64,000 nucleotides of DNA from NCBI RefSeq assembly GCF_006345805.1, contig NC_042998.1, positions 203,732,001 to 203,796,000 on the forward strand. Reading direction: 5' to 3'. Shown one piece after another: positions 51,999-64,000 of the stretch. The first letter of the stretch is position 1, and every line of letters begins with the position of its first letter. Below the pieces are notes generated by a model that searched no databases, was not told the origin of the DNA, and saw only the letters and a list, made by a program, of their open reading frames with translations. The translations under genes and the position numbers were made by a program. The stretch comes from Octopus sinensis (Eukaryota).

Positions 51999-52456
51999 AG
52001 TTCTATATTTAAGAGATGAGGAATTATGTACATTATTTACCTTATTTGTGGAAGCGCAATGGCCCAGTGGTTAGGGCAGCGGACTCGCGGTCGTAGGATC
52101 GCGGTTTCGATTCCTAGACCGGGCGTTGTGTGTGTTTATTGAGCGAAAACACCTGAAAAGCTCCACGAGGCTCCGGCAGGGGGTGGTGATCCCTGCTGTA
52201 CTCTTTCACCACTTTTTCTCCCACTCTTTCTTCTGTTGGCCTGCTCGCTTAGCCAGCGGGGTGGTGTCATTCGAAGGCTAAAACAATGCGAACGCATTGT
52301 GACCAGCGATGTGTAGCAACATCTGATAGCCTGGTCGGTCACGGTGATCACGGTGATTTACCTTATTTACATTTGACGGATATTGGTCCTCATTTTGTTG
52401 TGTTAACAACAAACAAGATGAGGACAAATATCCGTCAAATGTAAATAATGTAAATA
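51999..52456 (-). mobile_element. Collapsed fold-back copy of the 37.7 kb hammerhead element, interrupted by a SINE
   Basis: 12-bp TSD atgtctctttac (51987-51998 and 52457-52468). Arms catttgacggatatt..tcctcat / atgaggacaaatatccgtcaaatg. Confidence 0.8.
52048..52355 (+). mobile_element. tRNA-derived SINE family C, full length
   Basis: A box tggcccagtgg, B box ggtttcgattcc, (tcacggtga)2 tail, and 13-bp TSD atttaccttattt (52035-52047 and 52356-52368). Confidence 0.92.
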
Positions 52457-53049
52457 ATGTCTCTTTACGTTCTCAACACAACACAGCCTACACGTCCAAA
52501 GTCCTGGTGGCTTTGCTGCGGCTGCTGAGGCAAATAACAAGGCCTACGACATCCGAAAAACCTCACCAATTCTCTGAGTGACGTTCATCCAGCATCACAA
52601 TTCCTTTAAGGTCACAATCCGTATACAAAATATTCCTTGCTGCGCCACCCGACCCTCAAACTTTCCCGCCTCCAATACTGTACCCGACTCTTCAGGCCTC
52701 CAGTCAAAAAGATCTTTTGCCAAATTTACAGACTTATCATTCCCAACTCTTCAAAATAAGAATGCTGTTGGAAGTCTTGTACTTATTCTATCAGTCTTTT
52801 TTGCCGAACCACTAAGTTACATGAACATTTTATCACTATGAACATGCGTTTGAATCACTGTCAGCAAAGCATTTGTGTAAGTCGCTCAGCAAAAACTGAA
52901 CACACATACGTTGTCCTCGACAAGAGATTCCGTCATATTCATAACCCTACATGTATGAGTGGTCCCTGAGGTGAGTGGACTGCAACAATGGCTCCATAAA
53001 GAAAGCCCCCACTCCGCTCCGCCTTTGCTGCAGGGTTAGTTTCATGTCT

Positions 53050-53459
53050 TACTCTCTCTTTACTCTTTTACTTGTTTCAGTCATTTGACTGTGGCCATGC
53101 TGGAGCACCGCATTTAGTCGAGCAAATCGATCCCAGGACTTATTCTTTGTAAGCCTAGTACTTATTCTATCCGTCTCTTTTGCAGAACCGCTAAGTTACG
53201 GCGACGTAAACACACCACCATCGGTTGTCAAGCGATGTTGGGGGGACAAACACAAACACATAAACACACACGCATACATATATATATAGACATACATACG
53301 AAGGGCTTCTTTCAGTTTACGTCTACCAAGTCCACTCATAGGCCTTGGTTGGCCCGAAGCAATAGTAGAAGACACTTGCCCAAGATGCCACGCAGTGGGG
53401 ATGAACCCGGAACCATGTGGTTGGTTAGCAAGCTACTTACCACACAGCCACTCCTGCAC
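53050..53459 (-). mobile_element. SINE family A, full length
   Basis: Reverse complement matches 28527-28927 end to end. Confidence 0.92.
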
Positions 53460-53683
53460 TTGTTCATAAAGAAGGGAAAAATAAGTAAAACGTTATTCTT
53501 TTACTTATTTCGCTCAATGGTCTGCGGCCAGGCTGGGGCACTGCTTCCAGCATATCAACTTCATTACTTACTTAAAGTCCGGTACTTATTTTATTGTTCT
53601 CTTTTTGTCGAACTGCGAAGTTACGGGGCGCAAACTTACCAGCAGTGGTTGTAACATGGTAAGTAACAACACAAGGACCCCTT

Positions 53684-53724
<41 letters not shown>

Positions 53725-53731
53725 TTTTGTC

Positions 53732-53763
<32 letters not shown>

Positions 53764-53769
53764 ATATTA

Positions 53770-53817
<48 letters not shown>

Positions 53818-54143
53818 GCATATATACATACGTATATGTACATACTTACATCTATATGTATATATATAAGTATATGTGGGCACATGACGTCATGAAACGT
53901 GTACAACAAAAAAAACGCACGAAGCAGGAGAACATGGAATCTGAACTATCCTTTCGAACAATCGAAAGACACAAATGGAAAACAAAACAAACAACACAAA
54001 GAACGCCCCTTCATCAGCTGTTGGCTGTTTTACTAGTTTCATATTTCGAGCACTTAACAACAATTATACGCTTTCGATAAAACAGTTGCTCTCAGTGATT
54101 ATATTACATATGTATTTATTTATTTCATTTCATATATATATAT

Positions 54144-54178
<35 letters not shown>

Positions 54179-54180
54179 GC

Positions 54181-54212
<32 letters not shown>

Positions 54213-54250
54213 GCATACATACATATTATATATATTATATATAATATATA

Positions 54251-54286
54251 TGTCTGATGAACGGCAACGAGAAACTCAGAGTAACA
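54251..54286 (+). ncRNA. Minimal hammerhead motif, paralog at about 9460-9493
   Basis: tgt-CTGATGA-a-cg(gcaa)cg-a-GAAA-ctcagagt-a-aca. Confidence 0.55.
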
Positions 54287-54318
54287 GATTTTGTTGAATT
54301 TTCTGCTGCTTAAAATAA

Positions 54319-54359
<41 letters not shown>

Positions 54360-54363
54360 CATG

Positions 54364-54405
<42 letters not shown>

Positions 54406-54429
54406 TACAAAAAATATATATATATGTAT

Positions 54430-54467
<38 letters not shown>

Positions 54468-55163
54468 CTATATATATATATATACGTATGTATGTATGTA
54501 TACTTTGATTATATTTGGGTCGTATATTCCGATCTCTTGAGAAGGCAACACTTATTTTAAAAATTAATTTGTAATATAATTCCCTAAGCAGAATCATCCT
54601 TTATAGATTTCCTATAAATATTAATTTTAATGAGAGCTGATGAAGTGCCATAAACTGTAGAATGTCGTAATAAACTTAACAGTGTTAGGTTTCGTTGGAT
54701 CTTCTTCTATTTCCATTATGCGTCGGTCGGCCGCCATTTCTATCTCACTTTCTTGGGAGAGAGGGAGAGAGAGAGGGAGAGAGAGCGAGGGAGATCTATG
54801 ACAAAGTCATAGAATTTCATTAAACAGGAGTTCAAAAGGGATGGCTGTGAGGTAAGATGCTTACTTCCCAACCTCATAGCTGTGAGTTCTGTCCCACAGG
54901 GTGCCACACTGGGCGAGTGTTTTCTACCATATTCTCAGGTTGACCAAAGCATTGTGGGTGGACTTGGTAGATTGAAACTGAAAGAAGCTTGTCGTGTGTG
55001 TATTTAAATTTTTGAAAAAAGGAAAAACAATGACTTCGTTAGCTTCTGTGGGGAGACTTTTTAAAGATTTCTTGCTAACTTTTCTGGAGAACTTTCTCGC
55101 ATTCGTCGGTGGCGGTTGTCAAACTGATTTCAGGTTGTTTTGTGGTGTGTGATTCTGTATATA

Positions 55164-55343
55164 GGCTGTGTGGCAAGTAGCTTGCTTACCAACCACATGG
55201 TTCTGGGTTCAGTCCCACTGCGTGGCACCTGGGGCAAGTGTCTTCTACTATTGCCTCGGGTCGATCAAAGCCTTGTGAATGGATTTGGTAGACGGAAACT
55301 GAAAAGAAGCCCGTCGTATATATATATATGTATGTGTGTGTGT

Positions 55344-55389
<46 letters not shown>

Positions 55390-55604
55390 TGTTTGTGTGT
55401 CTGTGTTTGTCCCCAGCATATCTTGACAACCGATGTTGGTGTGTTTACGTCCCCGTAACAGAGCAGTTCGGCAAAAGAGACCGATAGAATAAGTACTAGG
55501 CTTACAAAAAAAGTCCTGGAGTCGATTTGCTCGACTAAAGGCCGTGCTCCAGCATGGTCGCAGTCAAATGACTGAAGCAAGTAAGAGAATAGAAGAATAA
55601 AGAA
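55164..55604 (+). mobile_element. SINE family A, near full length
   Basis: Matches the reference copy. Confidence 0.9.
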
Positions 55605-55667
55605 TATTCTTTTATTTCTTTTACTTGTTTCAGTCATTTGACTGTGGCCATGCTGGAGCACCGCCTT

Positions 55668-55832
55668 TGTGGTGAAAGATTACAGCACGGATCACCACCC
55701 CCTGCCGGATCCTCGTGGAGCTTTTAGGTGTTTTCGCTCAATAAACACACACAACGCCCGGTCTGGGAATCGAAACCGCGATCCTGCGACCGCGAGTCTG
55801 CTGCCCTAACCACTGGGCCATTGCGCCTCCAC
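55668..55832 (-). mobile_element. SINE family C, 5' half
   Basis: Reverse complement gtggaggcgcaatggcccagtggttagggcagc matches 52048. Confidence 0.9.
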
Positions 55833-56104
55833 ATATATATATAAGAGATTTGAGTATGTGTGAGGTGGGGTTGGGTTTTGTTAAGTGTAGGAGTAAAGGT
55901 GCGTTGATGAACCAAAGCTGAAAGAAAATAGTGAATGGCACAAAACAACATAATGGAGTTGGGAGGTGATGGGGTGTTTAGGGAGAGTCTTATGAAGGGC
56001 TTGTGAAAGTGTCCCCCTCTTGGTTCTATTCGAAAAGTTGACCTTTGGTGGAATATATAATGGTCAGATGTTTTTCAAATTCTTTTCTTATGGGTGAATC
56101 AACG

Positions 56105-56322
56105 CGGCGAGTTGGCAGAGTGGTTAGCACGCCGGGCGTAATGCGTAGCCGCATTTCGTCTGCCGTTACGTTCTGAGTTCACATTCCGCCGAGGTCGACT
56201 TTGCCTTTCATCCTTTCGGGGTCGATAAATTAAGTACCAGTTACGCACTGGAGTCTATGTAATTGACTTAATCCCGTTGTCTGTCCCCTCTATGTTTAGC
56301 CCCTTGTAGGCAATAAAGAAAT
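56105..56322 (+). mobile_element. SINE family B
   Basis: Matches family B in head, body and tail. Confidence 0.9.
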
Positions 56323-56635
56323 ATATCTTAATTTCATAGAGAGAAGCTTCAGCAATTTTCTATGTTAAAGATGAGTTTTGGTGTGTGTCCTGGGGTGGAT
56401 GGGGGTGTTAATGAGGTGTAAAATGGGTCTTTTGATAGCAGAGAGAGAAAAAATAGGGTTAGTTTTGGAAAGTTTGTTGATAGAAATATATTCCTTTATA
56501 TTTATATACTGGTTTGGGGGGAAGTGGGGGAGATCATGCTAGTTCACATATTTACTTCCCTACATATAAACAAACGGAAAGTATACATACATACATACAT
56601 AAATAAATACATACATACATACATACATACATACA

Positions 56636-56668
<33 letters not shown>

Positions 56669-57189
56669 GTATATATATATATACATATATACACAGATGC
56701 ACATATATACATGCATATATACATACATAAATAAACACACACACACATATATATATACACACATACACGCATATGCATATATATATACATACATAAATAA
56801 ACACATATATTATATATATATATATATATTCGTATATACACATACGTACATACACATACATGCATACATAGACACACATACATACACATACACATATATA
56901 CATACACATATATATATATAATATATCTACACACATACACACATAAATATATTATATAGTTCATACGAACCCATATATTTGCACGTGCATTCAACCCTGT
57001 ATTTTTATATACACCTACATACACATGCATACCTACGCACACACATATGTATACGCATCTTCACTACTCAAGATTTTAAGTTTACATGTAGATTGGAGCT
57101 GGGGTGGGGATTAGTGAAATGGTAGCCTACCCCCGGGGGTTGTTCTCAACGATCGAATGATAGAAGCTGTGGGTGTCGTCCACTTCCAT

Positions 57190-57580
57190 TTGGATATACT
57201 TTGATAACTTTGGTTTCGGCTAGTATAGGCCCAGGCCATGTCTAACTCAATAGCACCACCTGGTGAAGTCCTTTAGTCATATATGGAGTACCATGGCCCA
57301 CTCTAGCAAAGAATTATTATAGTTGGAGACATATCCGGGTGTAGGAGGTTGGTCCGGCATTTTTGGAAGAGATTTGTCTAGTGAACATTTGAATTTTATG
57401 ATATCCGTTTCCGTTTTGACGTATTTTGGTAAAAATAATATTAAAGAGAGCTGAACCGGTTGAAGTAAAGTAATTGTTCCGTTATGTTGCTATGTATAAC
57501 AAGTTCGATTTTTTAGTTGGCGGATAGCACCGCGGCCAAGTCTTGGATGGATTTCAAAATTGATGCCAACATCATTTGTG
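57190..57580 (-). mobile_element. CR1/L2-group LINE 3' end
   Basis: IHPRLGRGA...FTSTGSALFN...FKCSLDK..PDQPPTPGY. Shares the 3' UTR motif gctatt.agttagacatggcctgg with 3615-3990. Confidence 0.7.
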
Positions 57581-57599
57581 CTGCATCTTTTTTTAAAAC

Positions 57600-57988
57600 T
57601 CAAAGAGAGAATCCCGTTATTTGGGAGTGAAATATCAATTTTTTGTGTTCAGTAGTGTTTTGTACTTTCTAATGAAGAATTCTTCTTTATAATTCCGGAA
57701 ATGTTCGTTGTCTGACCATAAGTTAAAGAAGGGGAAGATTGTGAATCTTCCCTTTCCGCATGATGCGAAGTGTTCACTGCAACTGGTGTTTCTGACAGGG
57801 AAGGGGGGTCTCTAATTTGTTGTTTATGTACACGAACTCTGTCATGCAGTACCGCTCCAGTTTCACCAATGTCGTATTCTTTACATTGGGGGCAAGTTGC
57901 ACGGTAAATTAAGTTTTTCGTTTTGCAATTCATGTTTGCATTAACTTTGAAAACCTCATTGTTTTTAAAGGAAATTTGTCCACCATAT
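57600..57988 (-). pseudogene. Penelope-like element GIY-YIG endonuclease fragment
   Basis: MNCKTKNLIYRATCPQCKEYDIGETG...LHDRVRVHKQQI, then after a frameshift CSEHFASC...FTIFPF...EEFFIRKYKTLLN. Confidence 0.85.
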
Positions 57989-57989
57989 T

Positions 57990-58368
57990 GTTTTAGTCAT
58001 TTGACGGTGGCCATGCTGGGGTACCACCTTGAAGAATTTTAGTCGAACGAATCGACCAAGTACTTTTTATAAAGCCCGCTACTTATTCTATCAGATTCTT
58101 TTACCGAACCGCTAAATTACAGGGATGTAAACACATCAACATCGGTTGTCAAGTAGTGGTGGGGAGACAAATACGGACACACATACATATATACATATAT
58201 ATACAGCGGGATTCTTTCAGTTTCCATCTATCAAATCCACTCACAAGTCATTGGTTAGCCTGAGGCTATAGCTGAAGACACTTGTACAAGGTGTCACGCA
58301 GTGGGATTGAAACCGGAAGTCCCATTGCATGTGGTTGGGAAGCAAGCTTCTTACCACACAGCCACCCC
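57990..58368 (-). mobile_element. SINE family A, older variant
   Basis: gtcatttgacggtggccatgctgg...cttcttaccacacagccac. Confidence 0.85.
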
Positions 58369-59292
58369 TAGTTGTGTAAGACTATTGTTGTTGTTGATAT
58401 TGTTGTTCCCTGTCCAATCGGTATGGAAGATGCTTACAGCTGTTGGAATGAGAGGAAAAGAGCGAAGGGCGACGGTGCACAGGATGGGAGAGAACCTCTG
58501 CGAAAGAACCTGTTGTCGGTTATGGAGCAAGAGAGAAGAGTTAAGCTGGAAGCCAGGAGGAGATGACGAACAGGGATTTCTCTATCTCTGCTGACCCGCC
58601 ACGGAGAGGGCCTTACGGTTCAGGGTCAAAACACCCGATGATTGTTAGATAACGTCTGATTACATCAGTTCCTCCTGGCCAATGTTTCATTCACTTTGGT
58701 GAGTGAAAAAGAAGCACCTTCTGCTCTGCAAGATGTAATCAATAACAGTCTACGATCAATGATAAATAGTAATATTTCTGTGAAATCAGAAATATTACCA
58801 TTTATCATTGACAGCACTTTTTACAACGGAAATAATCATATGCTGTCGCTGTTATGGTAGAGCCGGAAGCTATAGTCACGAGAAGATTAAATTAATTAAA
58901 ATTCATATAAAAGCAAGTTCTTTGTGTATCCTTTTGATTTATTACGACTGAAAAGACCAGCCTCTGGTATACTCCATCTCTTTAAAGCATGGCCACCCAA
59001 AGTTAATCTTTTTGAACGTAAAATGCTATCAGCTGAGAAAGTCTGCATTCTTCCAATTAACCGTTCATTATTTAACCTTTATTGAAAACAAACTCTAAGT
59101 GCAGCTCATAAAAGAGAGTGAGATTGAATATTTGGCATACAAACAATGCTACAAAGTTGCATTGTGTTGGAGCAGCTTTATGACAGACACAAACTTGCAC
59201 AATGTTTATAAGGATCAAAACAGATGTTATGTTATTTCGTTTTTGGATTTGGTTTGCAAGATTCTTTATATGAGTTCGTGTGTTGAAGCATA

Positions 59293-59571
59293 TTCTATTA
59301 TGTCTGGGGAGAGTCATTTTCTTTTTGTGCCTTATTATGTAACACACTCACCGGTAAAATTTCCACGTTTTTCTTATTTTTATTGTCCTAAAATTTTAGT
59401 GTAATAAAATTTTAGTGTAAATAACGGACAGAGTCAAAACTATTGAAAAGGTTGCAAGACGCAACGAAAATTTTAGGACAATAAAAATAAGAAAAACGTA
59501 GAAATTTTACCGGTGAGTGTGTTACATTATAAGGCACAAAAAGAAAATGACTCTCCCCAGACACAATAGAA
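59293..59571. repeat. 105-bp inverted repeat pair with a hammerhead motif at the inner junction
   Basis: Arms 59293-59397 and 59467-59571 are near-perfect reverse complements. Confidence 0.9.
59440..59476 (+). ncRNA. Minimal hammerhead motif, U3-A8 core
   Basis: cta-TTGAAAA-g-gttgc(aagac)gcaac-GAAA-att-t-tag. Perfect 5-bp stem II and palindromic AATT stem III. Confidence 0.6.
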
Positions 59572-59899
59572 GATGTAATGTTAGTTTTAGTAAAGCTACA
59601 CATCTTGGTATAGACAGGTACTCAATGACGGAAGTGGGTCGAATTGGCCAACATTGGGGGCACAACATTTCTGCTCATTAGAAAATCGTAAGACGATGTC
59701 GAAGAAGACTCAGTTATTTTAATTAAATATCAACAGATGTCGTTAAAAGATGATAAATTATAACGAACTTGTTACCAGTTCAAATATGTTTGAGGCATAA
59801 TCGAATCCGTAAGAAGCCCATATTTGAAATGATAGCAAGTTTGTTTTTATACATACCACTAATTAGCGCTGTCAGCTCGCAATGAATAATAAATCCAGT

Positions 59900-60292
59900 T
59901 AAACTACGAATTCGTTTATTTGATCGGGTTTGTTTCGACCCTTTAAAATTGGAATTTTTGATAAGTAAGAATTTTGCATTATGTAGCATGTTATTCTCTT
60001 TAAGTGAACATTTTTCTGGTTGAAATACACCGAAAAATGGTGACACAGCAGTCAAAAAATCGTAAAAAATAGGGATTTTCATAGATAAAAAAGCACCTTT
60101 TTGATGTAAATAATTTTTGGTGTTAACATTGTCCGATTTGAATTTTTTCTTCTACGGAAGAAGAGCAAGCCTTCTTCTATCATACTCTCAATTTTGGTCA
60201 ACTTGCGCCGCAGGGTCTCAGAGGAGATAGTGTTTGTTGAAGGCTACCAAACCTGCCATACACAGATAACTTCAGCTTTATACATATAGAGA
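59900..60292 (-). mobile_element. Probable non-autonomous Helitron 5' fragment
   Basis: Minus strand starts A|TCtctatatgtataaagctg...gttgaccaaaattg. The left boundary is uncertain. Confidence 0.5.
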
Positions 60293-60509
60293 TTTCAAAT
60301 TGATCAAACTGCCAATATGCAATATTTTTTAAGCTGGCAGAACCGTTAGCGAGTCGGGAAAACGCTTTATGATATTCTTCCAGCTCTTTCCATTCTGAGT
60401 TCAAATCCTGCCAAAGCTGACTTTTCCTTTCATCCTTTCCGAATCGATATAATAAAGAACCAATAAAGTATTGACTGAAACTCTAGAAAACATTACAGAA
60501 ACAATAATT

Positions 60510-61588
60510 ATGGCCGACGTGATAATGAGGGCCAGGGTGGAAGGTAGAATCCGTCGATGCTTTAAATGTGGCCTGAAGGGACGCATCAGAGCGGACTGCC
60601 CTTCACTGACCAAAAAGGCGGAGATCCAAGAGGAAGAGCCCCAGAAAGAGCAAGAAAATATGGAGGAAGAAAAAAATATCGACAGAAATAGAGAAGAAAG
60701 AAACAGACAACGAACGGGAAACAATAGGAAAAATGAAAAGAGAAAAAGAAAAACAAATCAGCCCTATAACCACCCAACACCCACCCACACCCTCTTCGAC
60801 CTCCCCTCCCCCTACAGACATCAAACTAGCCTATCCCTCCCTCTGGCACAGAAAATGTACAAACAGACAAGGACTCTTAAATTACCCCCGCCCAGACAAA
60901 AAAAAACAACAAAAAAAACGAAAGAATGCCACAGTAATGTATGATGAGTCAAATGAAAAACTGTGTAAAGAAGTTGTTATCTTGAGAAGACTTGAAAACA
61001 GTTGGGACACCATAAAGGGATGGCGGCACCGTTGCGCGATGAACAGAAAGACAAGATTTAAAGGCGGATATAGGTGTTGAGAGGTGAAATTGGATTGGGG
61101 CATATTACCTATTTCTTTATTACCCACTAGGGGCTAAACACAGAGGGGACAAACAAGGACAGACATAGGTATTAAGTCGATTACATCGACCCCAGTGCGT
61201 AACTGGTACTTGATTTATCGACCCCGAAAGGATGAAAGGCAAAGTCGACCTCGGCGGAATTCGAACTCACAACGTAACGCAGACGAAATACCGATAAGCA
61301 TTTCACCCGACGTGCTAACCATTCTGCCAGCTCGCCGCCTTATTGGGGCGTATTACCACAGTATATGACATATGAGGAAGTGGTGGAAGAATTTGGAATC
61401 GATATTATAGCGGAAACGATGTTTAAAAGGTATAAATGAGGCTGCTATGAAGTGGGGGAAAAGTGTCTTCTTTCCATTTTTCATTTCATTTTTTCATTTT
61501 TGGTTCTAATTTTTTTCTCTGTCTGTATGTCCCCACATGTTGTATATTGTCCCCTTTATGTCCACCCCGTCGTGAGTAATAAAAACAA
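60510..61588 (+). mobile_element. 5'-truncated gag/ORF1-like retroelement fragment
   Basis: VEGRIRRCFKCGLKGRIRADCP knuckle, E/K-rich tract, and a 3' tail tctgtctgtatgtcccc...aataaaaa resembling that of the 14.3-16.06 kb element. Confidence 0.55.
61110..61341 (-). mobile_element. SINE family B with 16-bp TSD
   Basis: attggggc(a/g)tattacc at 61094-61109 and 61342-61357. Confidence 0.92.
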
Positions 61589-62545
61589 TTAAAATCATTA
61601 GAGCGCCAGACGAAATGCCTTGCATCATTTCTTCCGACTGTACGTTCTGGGTTCAAATCCCAAATCTTACCAAGGTCAACGCAGCCTTTCATCATTCCGG
61701 GTTCTCTGACTAAAAGACCTGTCAAGTACTGAGGTCATTATAATCCCTCCCCTCCCGCCACAGATTTCTGTTCTTATATCCATGCTAGAAACAATTCTTC
61801 ACAACAGATTGGCGCGGTGGGGGCGGACGGGCGGTGAGTTGGTTGAATCAACAGAGTGTCCGATTAAGTATCTTGTGATATTGCTGCAGCTCATTACATT
61901 CCGTGATGAAATCCTACCGGTTTCAACTCTGCTTTTCCTCCCTCCGGAGTCCATAAAATAAAGTATAGAATTGAAGACGGTTTCATCGACTACGAACCTC
62001 TTTTAGAAACAATTGTTTGCAGCAAGTACAGTTGACCGTCGGCAGAATCGGTAGAGCGCTGAGCGATCAGTAATGTTGTTTTCAATTACATCTGTTTAGG
62101 TTCAAATCTAATTGGGTTTGTCTCTCATTTCCTGGGGTTGGTCAATTACAGTACCGTCATATAGTGGCGAAGGGGTGCCAACTGACCCCACCACCATCGC
62201 ACAGCCCTTAGTAGTGTGCTAACATTAGACAACATTATTTACAGCTTCTAAGTAGTCGCTCGATGTGCTAGACATAACAGTGAAATCTCACTCAAATGAC
62301 ACCGTAATATTTCAAATAATGACGGTCAATTGGACAGTGTAGTTGCTGAGATAAAAAATAATAATAACAATGTAATCATTGGAATGTAAACAACAGCAGC
62401 AATGAGAAATGGTTGAGTGTTGGCAGCATTTAGATAGGTTCATAGTGTTGTGAGTTCGATTCCGACACATGTTGATTTCAGTTTTTACCATCCTGAGGTC
62501 GATAACATTTTAATACTAATAGCCACTTATTTGGCTTTTTTTCTG

Positions 62546-62900
62546 TTACTTGTTTCATTCATTTGACCGCGGCCATGCTGGAGGACCGCCTTTAGTCGAA
62601 CAAATCGACAACAGGACTTATTCTGTGTAAGCCTAGTACTTATTCTATCGGTGCCTTTTGCCGAACCACTAGTTTACGGGAATATAAACACACCAACATC
62701 GGTTGTCGAGCGATGATGGGGAAAAAACACAGACACATAAATACATATGAATTCCTTCAGTTTCCATCTACCAAATCCACTCACAAGGCTTTGGTCATCC
62801 TGAGGCTATAGTAAAAGACACTTGCCCAAGGTGTCACGCAGTGGGACTGAACCCGGAACCATGTGGTTGGGAAGCAAGCTTCTTACCACACAACGTGCCT
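62546..62900 (-). mobile_element. SINE family A
   Basis: tacttgtttcattcatttgacc...aagcttcttaccacaca. Confidence 0.88.
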
Positions 62901-63032
62901 CCGTATATTTGTCAGTCGTCATAGCACTTGCAGAAGATAACACCGAGAGAAGAGCAAATTCCCAGAGATACTTGTCTGTTGTGAAATTTCGATGCCTTGC
63001 TGAGGCTCATTTCTTTTAACCTATACCGGTAG

Positions 63033-63092
<60 letters not shown>

Positions 63093-63102
63093 CAGTAGTA
63101 GC

Positions 63103-63137
<35 letters not shown>

Positions 63138-64000
63138 AAATAGGGGGACATGAGCTGTAACAGCGCGTCACTAGATCCCTTATTTCTTGGTGATCTGTTA
63201 CTACTGCTGGCGGATGAAGCCTCTGCCTCACCCAGGCATATTCCGCCAACCCACTGGGCAGTCGTTACTGATGAGGCTGTTACAAGGTCGGAGTGCAAAG
63301 CCGACCTCAACCTCTTTTAGTCTCTTTCACGACGCGCAGAGGAAAAGTTGGCGCTTTCCTTTGACATTTTGGTCCCCACAAAGCTGTAGAGCAACGGAAA
63401 ATGATGCAAGAACACAACACACCGCCTGATCAGAGAAACGAACCCACGATCTTCTGGTAACCGTAAGTACAACACCTAGGCACTTGGCCACGCGCCTTCA
63501 CCAGTAATTCGCTACTCCGGTAATGGATTGGGGGATAAAACGTAAATGCAACGGTAGCCTATTTGAATTTGTGGAACATATTGTCTGATCAGAATAAGCC
63601 TGTCTTCAGTCGGTTATTTGGACGAGTAACAGATAGAATAATAAATGGTTTCTGGTAAGATAAAGTGAATCTATGGCATGGATACCAGATTCCTGTTTTG
63701 GACCAATTATCTCTCGTGGACGTCGACAGCAACTTCCAATCGTTATAAATTAATTATCGTACAAAGAAACGAGTTTAATGTGATATCTTTAAATCGCCGC
63801 ATCTCTGCTTTCTGCTTTTCCTTCATTTACAATGATAACATCACTGACATATACCATGACACATTACTTGAACAGGAAGCGATCAGTGGTGATTCGATAT
63901 GGAGATCGGGTCCGGGTCATTTCAATCCTTCAAACAGAAAATCAGAGAACCCATAATGCACTTTACGGATCAGGTGATGTGTAGTCACTATGGTAGGACA

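Noticed and set aside
52048-52125. tRNA gene (Arg-like)
   Set aside because: It is the head of a TSD-flanked SINE with a second copy at 55.8 kb. The same applies to the other tRNA-like heads.
58690-59100. Possible Helitron helicase remnant
   Set aside because: Only vague peptide resemblance and on conflicting strands, so it is unsupported without a search.
63262-63312. CTGATGA-ggc...gcc hammerhead candidate
   Set aside because: GAAA is replaced by GACC and there is no stem I or III.

Overview
Repeat-saturated, AT-rich animal non-coding DNA. The SINE repertoire and microsatellite load look like an octopus/coleoid cephalopod genome (inferred from pattern recognition, not from a search). I see no intact host gene, rRNA, true tRNA or CRISPR array, and nearly all ORFs in the track are microsatellite or SINE read-throughs. 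The window holds dozens of tRNA-derived SINEs from at least four families (my labels A-D), three mariner derivatives, several MITEs, non-autonomous Helitrons, and Dong/R4, RTE, CR1/L2-like and Penelope (GIY-YIG) retroelement remnants. The most interesting signal is about ten minimal type-I hammerhead ribozyme motifs from several distinct families. They sit in short, often inverted or fold-back repeats typical of Penelope-like pseudo-LTRs, and four carry the compensatory U3-A8 core. One TSD-flanked element joins a tRNA-like Pol III head to a hammerhead-bearing tail and has an inverted 5' copy. A TSD-flanked 1.75 kb ORF1-only (HAL1-like) retroelement shares its 3' tail with SINE family B. Boundaries were read by eye and may be off by a few bases, more for degenerate copies.
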